24,000 nt of DNA from Candidatus Woesearchaeota archaeon (GCA_964354405.1 CAYGZP010000003.1:8666-32665); one strand, 5' to 3'; shown: positions 8,264 to 16,549, numbered from the stretch's first letter. A program made the numbers and translations. Notes: a model not told the origin generated them from the sequence alone.

Positions 8264-10740
8264 GTTTGTGTTGGTGTTTCTTCCATCTCAACTTCTTCGG
8301 TAGCTTCTGGAGTTTCGACTTCTTCAGTCTCTTCTTCCTCTGGCTCTTCTTCCATCTCTGGAGCTTCCATCTCCGGTTGCTCTGCCTTCATCTTACCTTT
8401 AGTTTTCTGAATCTCAGCACGGGCTTTAGCCTTCTGAAGCGCGAGTTGGGTGATGCCCTGTTCCTTGCGCTGCTCAGTGCGTTGAGCGTGTGAGATAGAA
8501 GCCTTGCCAATCGAGATGTCAGCGAGCTTCTTCTTGGTATCAATCTCAATACCAGATTTAGCAGCGAGGTATTGGAGTTTGATGTCTTCTTCGGAGTTTG
8601 GTTGACCAGATTTTTGAGCTTCAGCTTCTGCCATCTGAACATACACTTGCTGGAGTTCGTCGGCCATTCCTTGAGCTTCGTTCATACCTTGCATGAATTG
8701 TTTCAAGAAGTCCTGCTTCGATGGGTCTTTGCTGATATACTCAACGTGCGCCATGATATGACCACCCTTGAACTTGATAGCACGGACTGCTTTCGAGATT
8801 TCGGCAAACTCTGGATTACCTTGCTGAACGGATTGCAGGTTCATCTGCAACTGCATTGCCAAGTCTTGGAAGTGACCTTGAGCGTGTTCGATGTGCGGAT
8901 CAGTTGGCAGCACAGGGAAGTTTGCAGGGTTGACGAACGCATCAGTCATACCAGCATTCTCAAATCCAATGATACGGGCAGTATCGTCGATCTTGCTTGG
9001 CTTAGTATTCCGATAGCGAGCTACGTTATCTCGGCCCGATAGTGCGGCGATTGCATCCTTAACTGCATTCTCCTGCCCTTCGTTTGCTGGAGTGATTGCT
9101 GTAATCTGCAATAGTTTTTCTGCTGTGATGAGTTTGAACGATGGGCTACCTGCTCCATTGATGAGGTTGGAGCGGATGCTTGTGATGTTCTTCCATTGTG
9201 CGGCTTCTTTTGGAGTGCCAAGTTCTTCAAGAATCTCGTAGAACTTCTTCACATACTCGTATCCATCATCGCTGGATTTGGAGCTTACGAAGCGTTTGTA
9301 GAGTTGTTTGAAGTAAAGAGTTTGGCACTCATTGAATCGACGAATCTGAGTTCCAGATAGTTTAGCTGACTCGGCGGCATCCAGTTCTGCTTCGCCTTTT
9401 GTCCTCTGCTTTCCTCCAGCGGTAGGTGCGTTGATACGATACTGCCCCATGCCCCTATACATATCTCCCATGAAGAACTGCATGAAGCTCATGCTTTCTG
9501 CTACTGGAAGTTGGAAGCGGTTCTGGATGAACTTTGCCCCATCTGGCATTACGCTAATAGGCAACCATTCCATCTGCTTCAGCATCTTGGTTGCGTCTGG
9601 CCCTTGTCCTTCGATCATCAACATGGAGTTGAGTCGAACAGCATCAACCAGCGAGTTCATTGTGAAGTCATACTGGCGGCAGGCAACGAACGCCGATTCC
9701 GCTTGGCTCTTGATGTCTTGGAAGAGTCCGCTACCAACTGAGTCGGTGAGCATATACATGATCTCATCCCATGAGTCGAAAAGTCCAATCTTGAGCATCA
9801 TAAACCCGTGTTGGGTTCTGATGTCATCTTCGCTGATCTTGCCAGCACCCTTGATGTTGGAGTTGATATAGTCGGAGATTGGTTGGTAGTCTTGAAGGAT
9901 AATCGCCTTGCTGATTTTGCCATCGAACTCTCTCCAGTAGACTTCGTAGAGGTCGATCTTTTGGTTTACCGATAGTGACCAGTTGAATCCAGATTCGCTG
10001 ATCGTGCGGAAGAAGTCTTCACGGGTCTTGCGGTGGTTGCTGAATGCGCGGTGGAATCTGATAGCATCAATTGCTGCGTCCACATTCCATCCCATTGCTT
10101 CTGCTGCTGCACGATTCTCAATCTTCTTGTAGAGTTCGTATGGAGTCAAACGGACACGGCGAACAAACTCCTCAAGGTTGCAGAAGTCGATCCTAATGTC
10201 GTCTGGAAATAGAAGGTCGGAGAGGAAGACGTGTTCTGGCATCCATCCCATTGGTGAATCCCACATACCGATGCCTTTTCCATACAACAGCATTTCCTCA
10301 AGGTCTTGCTCTGTATTGTAGAGGTATCCGGGCCATTCTCGGATTGCTTGGTCGAATGCAATGGAAATGTTTTCGGAGTTAACGAGTCGTTCTTTTTCAT
10401 TTCCAAATTTGCTCTTGATCGTGCAACAAGCCTGCCGCTCGGTGATTACATCGTAGTAACTGGACTTCTGGTTATCAACAATGAATGCAAGTTGTCCGTA
10501 GTTCACATCCGATTGCCAAGGAAGTCGCTTCTCCGCGAGCTTGCTATAACCAGTAGGCGGGAATGATTTATAGGCTTTAAAAATACGTATACGTTTGTTC
10601 TCGCGTCCGATGTTAGCAAGTCGAAGATGATTTGCTATGTTCCAGCAATGCGAGGCATTGGAGATTCGTGTTTCCGGTGGTTTACCATTTTCATCAAGTG
10701 TAGCTAAACTGAAATTATCGGAGCCGATGCTTAAAGACAT
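8260..10740 (-). CDS. Putative portal protein
   Basis: 826 aa, portal-like size and position; late segment with many Met/Gln (IQNRF..PVAESMSFMQFFMGDMYRGMGQYR) and a Glu-rich C-terminal tail. Confidence 0.7.
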   Translation of the reverse strand: MSLSIGSDNFSLATLDENGKPPETRISNASHCWNIANHLRLANIGRENKRIRIFKAYKSFPPTGYSKLAEKRLPWQSDVNYGQLAFIVDNQKSSYYDVITERQACCTIKSKFGNEKERLVNSENISIAFDQAIREWPGYLYNTEQDLEEMLLYGKGIGMWDSPMGWMPEHVFLSDLLFPDDIRIDFCNLEEFVRRVRLTPYELYKKIENRAAAEAMGWNVDAAIDAIRFHRAFSNHRKTREDFFRTISESGFNWSLSVNQKIDLYEVYWREFDGKISKAIILQDYQPISDYINSNIKGAGKISEDDIRTQHGFMMLKIGLFDSWDEIMYMLTDSVGSGLFQDIKSQAESAFVACRQYDFTMNSLVDAVRLNSMLMIEGQGPDATKMLKQMEWLPISVMPDGAKFIQNRFQLPVAESMSFMQFFMGDMYRGMGQYRINAPTAGGKQRTKGEAELDAAESAKLSGTQIRRFNECQTLYFKQLYKRFVSSKSSDDGYEYVKKFYEILEELGTPKEAAQWKNITSIRSNLINGAGSPSFKLITAEKLLQITAITPANEGQENAVKDAIAALSGRDNVARYRNTKPSKIDDTARIIGFENAGMTDAFVNPANFPVLPTDPHIEHAQGHFQDLAMQLQMNLQSVQQGNPEFAEISKAVRAIKFKGGHIMAHVEYISKDPSKQDFLKQFMQGMNEAQGMADELQQVYVQMAEAEAQKSGQPNSEEDIKLQYLAAKSGIEIDTKKKLADISIGKASISHAQRTEQRKEQGITQLALQKAKARAEIQKTKGKMKAEQPEMEAPEMEEEPEEEETEEVETPEATEEVEMEETPTQT

Positions 10741-10743
10741 ATA

Positions 10744-11418
10744 TTAAATAAGTTGAAGTTCTTCCCACCTCAGTGAGTTTTTTGAATTTTTTTTAAGGTT
10801 TAGTTTTGCTGGCAATACCTGTAAATTTGAAGGTATATGCAATCCTCCCTTTGAAATTGGAATTACATGGTCAACATGAAACTGAATTCCAAATCTTTTT
10901 TCAAGTCTTATTCTTTGCAAGTATATTGTTTCAATAATCAGTTTTTGATTATGCGTCAAATCTGGTGTGTTGTTTTTTTTGGTGGCTCTACGTTTCGCGC
11001 TTCCTTTTCTTAAAAGTAATTTATATCTTTCCGGATTTTCCTTTTTCCAATTTTTAAAATTTTCTTTAGCTTTTACTGAATTTAATTTATTCCACTCCCT
11101 TGAATTTTGCCGATGTTTTTCTGGATTTTTTTTCTTTTGCTCCCGATCTCTTTTTCTAAAAAGATCAATATTGTTTAAACGAGCAATTTTTGTTTTAGCG
11201 AGTTTTTTTAGTCTGTTTTTAGAATACCATTCTCTTTCATATCCCCTACGAGAATTTAAATTTTCATTCCTATTTTTTGTAGACCATTCATTTTGAGATT
11301 TTTTAAGTTCGCAAAATTTTTCTTCAGTAACCCAATATCCTTTTTTGCGAATCAATGCCCAGAAAACCATGCCATCCTCTCGGACATCCCCGCGCTTATA
11401 TTTGATGATGGTTTCCAT
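10744..11418 (-). CDS. HNH endonuclease
   Basis: 224 aa; C-terminus FHVDHVIPISKGGLHIPSNLQVLPAKLNLKKN.S matches an HNH motif; Lys/Asn-rich, AT-rich ORF inserted in the structural block. Confidence 0.8.
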   Translation of the reverse strand: METIIKYKRGDVREDGMVFWALIRKKGYWVTEEKFCELKKSQNEWSTKNRNENLNSRRGYEREWYSKNRLKKLAKTKIARLNNIDLFRKRDREQKKKNPEKHRQNSREWNKLNSVKAKENFKNWKKENPERYKLLLRKGSAKRRATKKNNTPDLTHNQKLIIETIYLQRIRLEKRFGIQFHVDHVIPISKGGLHIPSNLQVLPAKLNLKKNSKNSLRWEELQLI

Positions 11419-11420
11419 TT

Positions 11421-11436
11421 TTATCGTTTACGATAA
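11421..11436. promoter_or_regulatory. Copy 4 of 16-bp dyad TTATCGTTTACGATAA
   Basis: Overlaps the stop of 11428..11805 and lies 2 nt before the HNH start codon; identical core to copy 1. Confidence 0.6.
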
Positions 11437-11805
11437 TTTATTCAAAGCGTTTCTTCGCTTGTTACATGAAGAACATCCGCGAGCTTTATGCTCAAGTTTA
11501 GTTCCTAAAACCTTATCGGTAGCCGCTGCTACAGTGTGGATAGCTTGGGCAATACGATCCCCAAGTCCATCAGCATACCAGCAACGATCACTTGGTTGAC
11601 GCTGGCAGATTTGATCTTCAACCATTTGCTCAATGTTACTTGGCAGTTCAACTCCGTTTGAGCGATAATCCTTTTGGATATTCTGCATCAAGCTACTCCA
11701 TGTGCTTCCGTAAACAATAGCAGGGAATGTGAGTTTATCACGCTTGATCTCATACTTCCAGTAAAAGCCACCGACTGGAGCGAGGTTTTTGTTTTTCAGT
11801 TTCAT
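11428..11805 (-). CDS. Hypothetical protein with C-terminal CSSCNKRR
   Basis: 125 aa ORF with Cys-rich C-terminus, adjacent to the terminase gene. Confidence 0.6.
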   Translation of the reverse strand: MKLKNKNLAPVGGFYWKYEIKRDKLTFPAIVYGSTWSSLMQNIQKDYRSNGVELPSNIEQMVEDQICQRQPSDRCWYADGLGDRIAQAIHTVAAATDKVLGTKLEHKARGCSSCNKRRNALNKLS

Positions 11806-11840
11806 CTTGCCTTTCGACGGAAAATATATTTTCTTATTGA

Positions 11841-13692
11841 TATGTCAAGAGTTTTTTCTTCCAACAAGGGTATTCAGAAATATGGGATGAAGTTCCCAGA
11901 AAACATGGACGAACTTGGAATAGAACTTTATTGCTATGCAATTTCCCGTGGAGAATATGGAAAAGAATACTGCGTTAAGCACAATATTAACCTAACAGAT
12001 TTTAAATTACTCTCTCCATCTGAACATTTCCTTAATGCTGTGAAACTTCAATGGCCGACTGAGGTTTCTATCTACAGTCGAGGATATACGAATACTCAGT
12101 TGGTTAGGACACTGGATGAGTTATGTTCCAATACTGACATCTGTTTAGCAGGCGCGGCTTCGATGGGTAAGTCATTTCCAGTTGCACTTTGGATTTATCT
12201 TGATTGGTGTTCTGCCCCACACTGCACTTCTTCTTGGGTTGCTACAACTACTCTGGGTGCATCTGAAGATCGTATCTGGGGTATCATTTCTAAACTTTGG
12301 AAGTCTGCCAGTGTTCAGTATGGTAAGTTGATCGACTATAGACACATGATTGTTTGGGGAGGCGCATCCAACGACGAAGATAAAGATTATCGTAATGCGA
12401 TAAAAGCTCTCGCTTTTCAGTCTGGTAACGAAGGTCAGAAGGCTATTGATACTACCCGTGGTCGTAAGAATGATCGTGTTCGATTGGCACTTGATGAGTT
12501 GCCCGAAATGGAGTTAGGAGCAATCACTGCTCGCGTTAACCTTTCTGCAAATAACGATATTACATTTATAGGTATCGGAAACCCGTCAGCAGGCGACAAC
12601 CCTCACACTCGTTGGGCAATGCCTAAAGGTCATTCCAACTTCGATTCTGTCAATCCAGACATGATGAAGTGGGATACGGAAACTGGCGTTTGCTTATTCT
12701 ACAACGGCATGAAGTCTCCTAACTTCGCTGCGCCTGCCCATGAACCATCTCCATTTCCGTTTCTGATGGATCGCAAGAAGCAGGAAATAATGCTCAAACA
12801 ATGTTACGGCGATGAAAATGCTATTGACTATGTTCGTAATGCTATCGGTTGGTGGCCGAAAACGGGATTTGCTCAAACTATTCTCACTGCTGATCTCATT
12901 CGTAACGCCGATACGAACGAAGAACCACTTTGGGATTCTGAAGGATTTACTAAGGTAGCAGGATTCGATACCGCATTTACAGTTGGTGGTGATAGATGCG
13001 TTCTGACTATCGCCAAACTTGGGTATGTGCGAGGGACTCGCAATCGTGTTATGTGGCTTGAGAGTCAAAAGGTAATTCAACTATCTGCTAACGCCGCTGC
13101 TGAGTTTGAAATCCAACTGGCTAACGAAGTTGTTGCTTTATGTCGTGCTGCTGGAGTGCAACCATCTAAATTCGGTATGGACGTGTCTGGTGATGGTGGC
13201 CGAGTTGGACAGGCTATTATTCGTGAGTGGCTACGTTTTGATTCCTCTGGAGCCGCAATCGCTCTTATCTCATCTATGGGTAAACCTACTGACCGAATCG
13301 CGGCAGAGGTTGATAAACGCCCGTGTAAGGATGTTTACGATAGGTTGGTATCTGAGTATTACTACTCATGCTATCACGCATTCAAGAGTCGAGTTATTTA
13401 TGGCATTGATCCCGCTTCCGATTTGGCGCGGGAACTTTGCCTTCGCCGATACACGATTAAATCTAAGAAGATCGCCATTGAAACTAAAGATGAGTTGAAG
13501 GGTAGGACTGGTTACTCTCCCGATTTGAGTGACAGCTTGATCTACGCACTCGAAATGGCGCGGCGTAATGGACTCGTATTTATCGGAAACGATAAACCAG
13601 TTCCAACTAACCGATTCTGGGCGCGGGATGAGGTATCAATTGATACCACTCAAGACGATGACTACGGATCAGACGATAACGGAGATTGGTAA
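11841..13692 (+). CDS. terL: Phage terminase large subunit
   Basis: Walker A-like CLAGAASMGKS, acidic LALDELPEM, nuclease-like acidic motifs GFDTAFTVGGD and GMDVSGDGG. Start at ATG 11841 preferred over track start 11674, which lies within the opposing ORF. Confidence 0.85.
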
Positions 13693-13849
13693 GTAGCAGG
13701 AACGGGTATGCATCCCCTTTTCAGATGTGGGCTTTCTGGAGTCTAGGAGGCTCATGCCCCGCCCATCCAGCCGCTCACCTATCTACCGCTACGCAATCGA
13801 GGAAGGTTAAAGACGGCAGTATATGACCACCTGCCTGCTAAAATGGTGG
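13693..13849 (+). ncRNA. Candidate structured segment downstream of terL
   Basis: GTAGC(a)GG/CCGCTAC (13693-13700/13786-13792), TGGGC/GCCCA (13728-13732/13761-13765), GAGTCT/AGGCTC (13739-13744/13748-13753; U-G valid only on plus), CCACC/GGTGG (13827-13831/13845-13849). Confidence 0.3.
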
Positions 13850-13860
13850 CCGGGTTAACT
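13848..13860 (+). repeat. Direct repeat copy A, GGCCGGGTTAACT
   Basis: Exact 13-mer also present at 14415-14427; contains the stop codon of the HNH ORF. Confidence 0.7.
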
Positions 13861-14346
13861 GGTAAATGCGTCACGAAAAGCCATTGCGTCCGTGAGATGC
13901 CTACGATGCGTGTATTTTCGTTGCCCATTACGCTGGACTTGGACTTTCCACCACACTCCCGATTTTCTTGGTATCGTAACTTGTCGAATATTAACCATTT
14001 TGTGGTCGCACCTTTCGGAGTTGATGCAGTTTTCCGATACGGTAGCAATGCGTAAATTTTGTATGCGATTGTCGATTTTTACGCGATTGATGTGATCAAG
14101 AATTCCGTTTGGCCATTCTCCATAAAATAAAACCCATGCTACTCTATGGGCTAACATTTTTTGTCGAACGCCATTATGAAATAATGTTATGGATAAATAT
14201 CCGTGGCCATCACTTGTTCCTGCTGGTTGACCAACTCCTTTTGATGTTGGAACTCCGTTTGATCGAACAGACCCAGCAATCCGAGTGATGATTCCAGTTG
14301 TTGGATTGTAAGAAAAATATTGTCGAATAATTTCAGGTGAGTGCAT
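13855..14346 (-). CDS. HNH endonuclease with AP2-like C-terminal domain
   Basis: 163 aa; LAHRVAWVLFYGEWPNGILDHINRVKIDNRIQNLRIAT HNH_3-type motif; C-terminus RKSGVWWKVQVQRNGQRKYTHRRHLTDAMAFRD resembles AP2 DNA-binding domains. Confidence 0.85.
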   Translation of the reverse strand: MHSPEIIRQYFSYNPTTGIITRIAGSVRSNGVPTSKGVGQPAGTSDGHGYLSITLFHNGVRQKMLAHRVAWVLFYGEWPNGILDHINRVKIDNRIQNLRIATVSENCINSERCDHKMVNIRQVTIPRKSGVWWKVQVQRNGQRKYTHRRHLTDAMAFRDAFTS

Positions 14347-14414
14347 TTAAAGATAATGCCGATGCAGTGTCCTTATTTCAAGTTTTATTTTAGCTGCAAA
14401 TTATATAAAAGGGA

Positions 14415-14427
14415 GGCCGGGTTAACT
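14415..14427 (+). repeat. Direct repeat copy B, GGCCGGGTTAACT
   Basis: Exact match to 13848-13860, on the other side of the HNH ORF. Confidence 0.7.
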
Positions 14428-14498
14428 CAGCATTATTGATGCCCACAGGTGATCGTTTCTGTCGCTTGCATCTCATCCGCCGACCATATAAAATTTAA

Positions 14499-14631
14499 TA
14501 CTGGGCCAAGGCGTTACTCTTGGTCACGGTTTCGGTGACGGCCCCGTGTATTGCCGCTTGGATTGTGAGTCCAATCAAACAAGACTACTTTAAAGCTCGT
14601 AGTTAGCTGCATGACTCCATGCTTCCCAGTA
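14499..14631. ncRNA. Candidate multibranch structured RNA of about 133 nt, strand uncertain
   Basis: Closing stem TACTGGG/CCCAGTA (14499-14505/14625-14631); hairpins CCAAG/CTTGG (14506-14510/14519-14523), TCAC/GTGA (14524-14527/14535-14538), TTGGA/TCCAA (14558-14562/14570-14574), ACTAC/GTAGT (14584-14588/14599-14603), GCATG/CATGC (14609-14613/14618-14622). Confidence 0.5.
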
Positions 14632-14635
14632 AAGA

Positions 14636-14863
14636 TCAATCCAGAATACCTTCAAGTTCCAAGGTATTTGCTACTTCTTCTGGCACTACTATACGAATCA
14701 TTTTCTCCCCGTCAAGAAAACCAAGGGTTTCTTTAACGCGAATATCGCTTTTCCTTACCCAACATTGGTTGAATTTCTGAACAAACAGAATTTTTGTTGG
14801 GTTCTCACTTACTTCAATTCCCTCGCAGATTATGCGGGATTCAAACGTGTTACTTGTAGTCAT
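14636..14863 (-). CDS. Hypothetical protein
   Basis: 75 aa, overlaps the next minus-strand ORF. Confidence 0.55.
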   Translation of the reverse strand: MTTSNTFESRIICEGIEVSENPTKILFVQKFNQCWVRKSDIRVKETLGFLDGEKMIRIVVPEEVANTLELEGILD

Positions 14864-15149
14864 AAATTAAATATCCTAAATCTCTTGCCCATCCTACTTC
14901 GTGGTGGACTTTGGAGTGGCACGGACGGCAAAGAGCCATGAAAGAGGACTTATCACACAAGAACTTACCCCTCCCTTTTTTGTGATGCAGGTCGCTTGCG
15001 GCTTGGTTGCATATCTCACACTGGTAGTTTTTTTCTTCAAAGTATTCTGTTTTGGCTTTCTCGTAGTCGGCATTCTTTGCTTTTCTTGATCCTGATAAAC
15101 TCTTTAACTTGCCACCCGTTTTTTTGAAACCTTTTTTTCGACTGAGCAT
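14850..15149 (-). CDS. Small HNH-type nuclease-like protein
   Basis: 99 aa; YQCEICNQAASDLHHKKGRG...ALCRPCHSKVHH matches CxxC...DLHH...CxxCHxxVH. Confidence 0.7.
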   Translation of the reverse strand: MLSRKKGFKKTGGKLKSLSGSRKAKNADYEKAKTEYFEEKNYQCEICNQAASDLHHKKGRGKFLCDKSSFMALCRPCHSKVHHEVGWARDLGYLIYDYK

Positions 15150-15328
15150 TTGTAGTAGTCTGTTAGCTGTTGAAGTCCGAGCGTGGCCAATTCCAGTTCT
15201 TCGTAAATTTCTCTGACTGACTCTGGGAAGGGTTTGCCTCGCTGGTGCATGGTGGTTGGACTGCCTGCTGAGTATGGACTGACTCTGAGGTAGTATTTAC
15301 CTTCTTGGATTTCGAGGAAGACGTGCAT
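15104..15328 (-). CDS. Hypothetical protein
   Basis: 74 aa ORF collinear with neighbours. Confidence 0.45.
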   Translation of the reverse strand: MHVFLEIQEGKYYLRVSPYSAGSPTTMHQRGKPFPESVREIYEELELATLGLQQLTDYYKCSVEKKVSKKRVAS

Positions 15329-15576
15329 AATGCGATTACTTTTTCAACCTGTTCTTTTTTAAGAATGCTCTTGGAGTTTACTTCGATCTGATTGATCAAT
15401 GATCCAGTCACGCCGATCTTGTCTCCAAGTTCTCTGACAGTCAACTTCAGTGTTCTGCGTGTCTCACGAAGTTGGTTAGCAAAAGTCTTTCGTCCAAGAG
15501 AACGAACTGTGCGTGATTGCTCGTAGGCACTCATGCAAGTTTCATAGGCATCTTCTAATGGATGTTTCATTTCCAT
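15163..15576 (-). CDS. XRE-family HTH transcriptional regulator
   Basis: LRETRRTLKLTVRELGDKIGVTGSLINQIEVNSKSILKKEQVEKVIALC; divergently transcribed regulator position. The shorter start at 15570 is also possible. Confidence 0.75.
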   Translation of the reverse strand: MEMKHPLEDAYETCMSAYEQSRTVRSLGRKTFANQLRETRRTLKLTVRELGDKIGVTGSLINQIEVNSKSILKKEQVEKVIALCTSSSKSKKVNTTSESVHTQQAVQPPCTSEANPSQSQSEKFTKNWNWPRSDFNS

Positions 15577-15578
15577 AA

Positions 15579-15624
15579 AAAATAAACCAAGAGTATTGAC
15601 AAGTCAACACTTTTTTGATACTAT
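15579..15624. promoter_or_regulatory. Divergent back-to-back promoters
   Basis: Plus: TTGACA (15596-15601), 17-nt spacer, TACTAT (15619-15624). Minus: TTGACT (15607-15602), 17-nt spacer, TATTTT (15584-15579). The -35 boxes form the dyad TTGAC-AA-GTCAA. Confidence 0.7.
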
Positions 15625-15632
15625 GATTGCTT

Positions 15633-16001
15633 ATGGATAACACTAACAACATCAAAGATAAAGCAGAAAAAATACTCGCTGAAACAAGGAAAACTGTCAT
15701 GGTTACGAATATGGCTTTAGCCACCGCTATGAATACTTCTTTCATGGCTACCTACGAAAACGATGACGGCATTCTTGTCATGGCACTCAAGCCTAACAAC
15801 ACTGCTATTCTCGCAGCTACGGGAAACAACAGTAACTCTATAATCAAATCAGACATCATCATTACAAAGGATGGTATCGGTGAACGCCGCTCCACCTTTC
15901 AATGCGAGACAGAAGAAGATGCCAGTCAAATCTGGGACTTACTCAATGATAGAATGTTTGAGTGGTCGAAGGGTGAAGTTGAACAAGTAGAAATCGGCTA
16001 A
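15633..16001 (+). CDS. Hypothetical early protein
   Basis: ATG 15633 (MDNTNNIKDKAEKILAE...); track start 15627 is a TTG. Confidence 0.6.
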   Translation: MDNTNNIKDKAEKILAETRKTVMVTNMALATAMNTSFMATYENDDGILVMALKPNNTAILAATGNNSNSIIKSDIIITKDGIGERRSTFQCETEEDASQIWDLLNDRMFEWSKGEVEQVEIG

Positions 16002-16030
16002 TTATCGGAACCGATAATCTGGACTATAAT
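16002..16030 (+). promoter_or_regulatory. Copy 5 of dyad (ATTATCGGAACCGATAAT) overlapping a possible promoter
   Basis: TTATCGGAACCGATAA at 16002-16017; TATAAT at 16025-16030, exactly 17 nt after a weak -35 candidate TTATCG. Confidence 0.5.
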
Positions 16031-16044
16031 GTAGGACACTTTTT

Positions 16045-16276
16045 CAAATGTGATTGCATTTGTTCCATTTTTTCTATGAATGGAAAAAAGATGCTTGACA
16101 TAGAATACAACCTATAGTAGTTTTCAGTCGTGCGAGAAATTGCACCTTCGGGGTAGGAGCCGAAGTTGAAGAAGTTTAAATTAACAAATAAAATATGACC
16201 TTCCGTGGTGGGAGCCAAACTCCTATGCGTCTGTTGCCGCACTTCTTCGCCCATCACGGGGGTCGCCTTTCATAAA
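16045..16276 (+). promoter_or_regulatory. Hairpin-rich leader of the replication operon
   Basis: CAAATG/CATTTG (16045-16050/16057-16062), TTCCATT/AATGGAA (16063-16069/16079-16085), TTGACA at 16095-16100, CTTCGG/CCGAAG (16146-16151/16160-16165), 13-bp helix 16200-16212/16250-16262 with U-G pairs valid on plus. Confidence 0.5.
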
Positions 16277-16549
16277 ATGATTATTAAACGTAATACATTC
16301 ACATTGGTAGAAACACGTCACTTAGATAACATCAAATTATCTGTATCCGGAATTGGTTTATTAACTCACATCACAAGATGGACAGAAGATAACCTTAATA
16401 TAGAGCAGATATTAGATCGCATATACGACATGAGTCACCATGATCCAAGTGCAGCAATCGGATACTTGGAACTTTTGAAAGAAGAAATCATTGAGAATTT
16501 TTTTTCTGAACAAGAATTACAATCAATTCAAGCCTTAGCTGAAGTATGA
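16277..16549 (+). CDS. Hypothetical protein (MIIKRNTFTLVETRHLDNIKLS...)
   Basis: ORF from ATG 16277; the upstream extension to 16205 encodes the structured leader and is less likely coding. Confidence 0.55.
   Translation: MIIKRNTFTLVETRHLDNIKLSVSGIGLLTHITRWTEDNLNIEQILDRIYDMSHHDPSAAIGYLELLKEEIIENFFSEQELQSIQALAEV

Noticed and set aside
11674-11840. N-terminal extension of the terminase ORF in the supplied track
   Set aside because: It overlaps the opposing ORF 11428..11805 and lacks terminase-like sequence; ATG 11841 is the more natural start.
13754-13810. 18-aa ORF preceded by AGGAGG (MPRPSSRSPIYRYAIEEG)
   Set aside because: Very short, spacing too tight, and the SD-like sequence is part of a hairpin; not enough to call a gene.
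14499-14631. Possible tRNA or tmRNA because TTGGA-TTGTGAG-TCCAA has T-arm geometry
   Set aside because: The loop lacks the TTCRA consensus, there are five hairpins over 133 nt, and no anticodon or tmRNA features are visible.
13693-14640. Group I intron with homing endonuclease
   Set aside because: terL ends with a proper stop before this region, no split gene was found, and no recognisable P/Q/R/S core could be placed by eye; needs a covariance-model scan.
16024-16257. 77-aa minus-strand ORF across the replication leader
   Set aside because: Runs against the operon and is built from the hairpin arms; no recognisable protein features.
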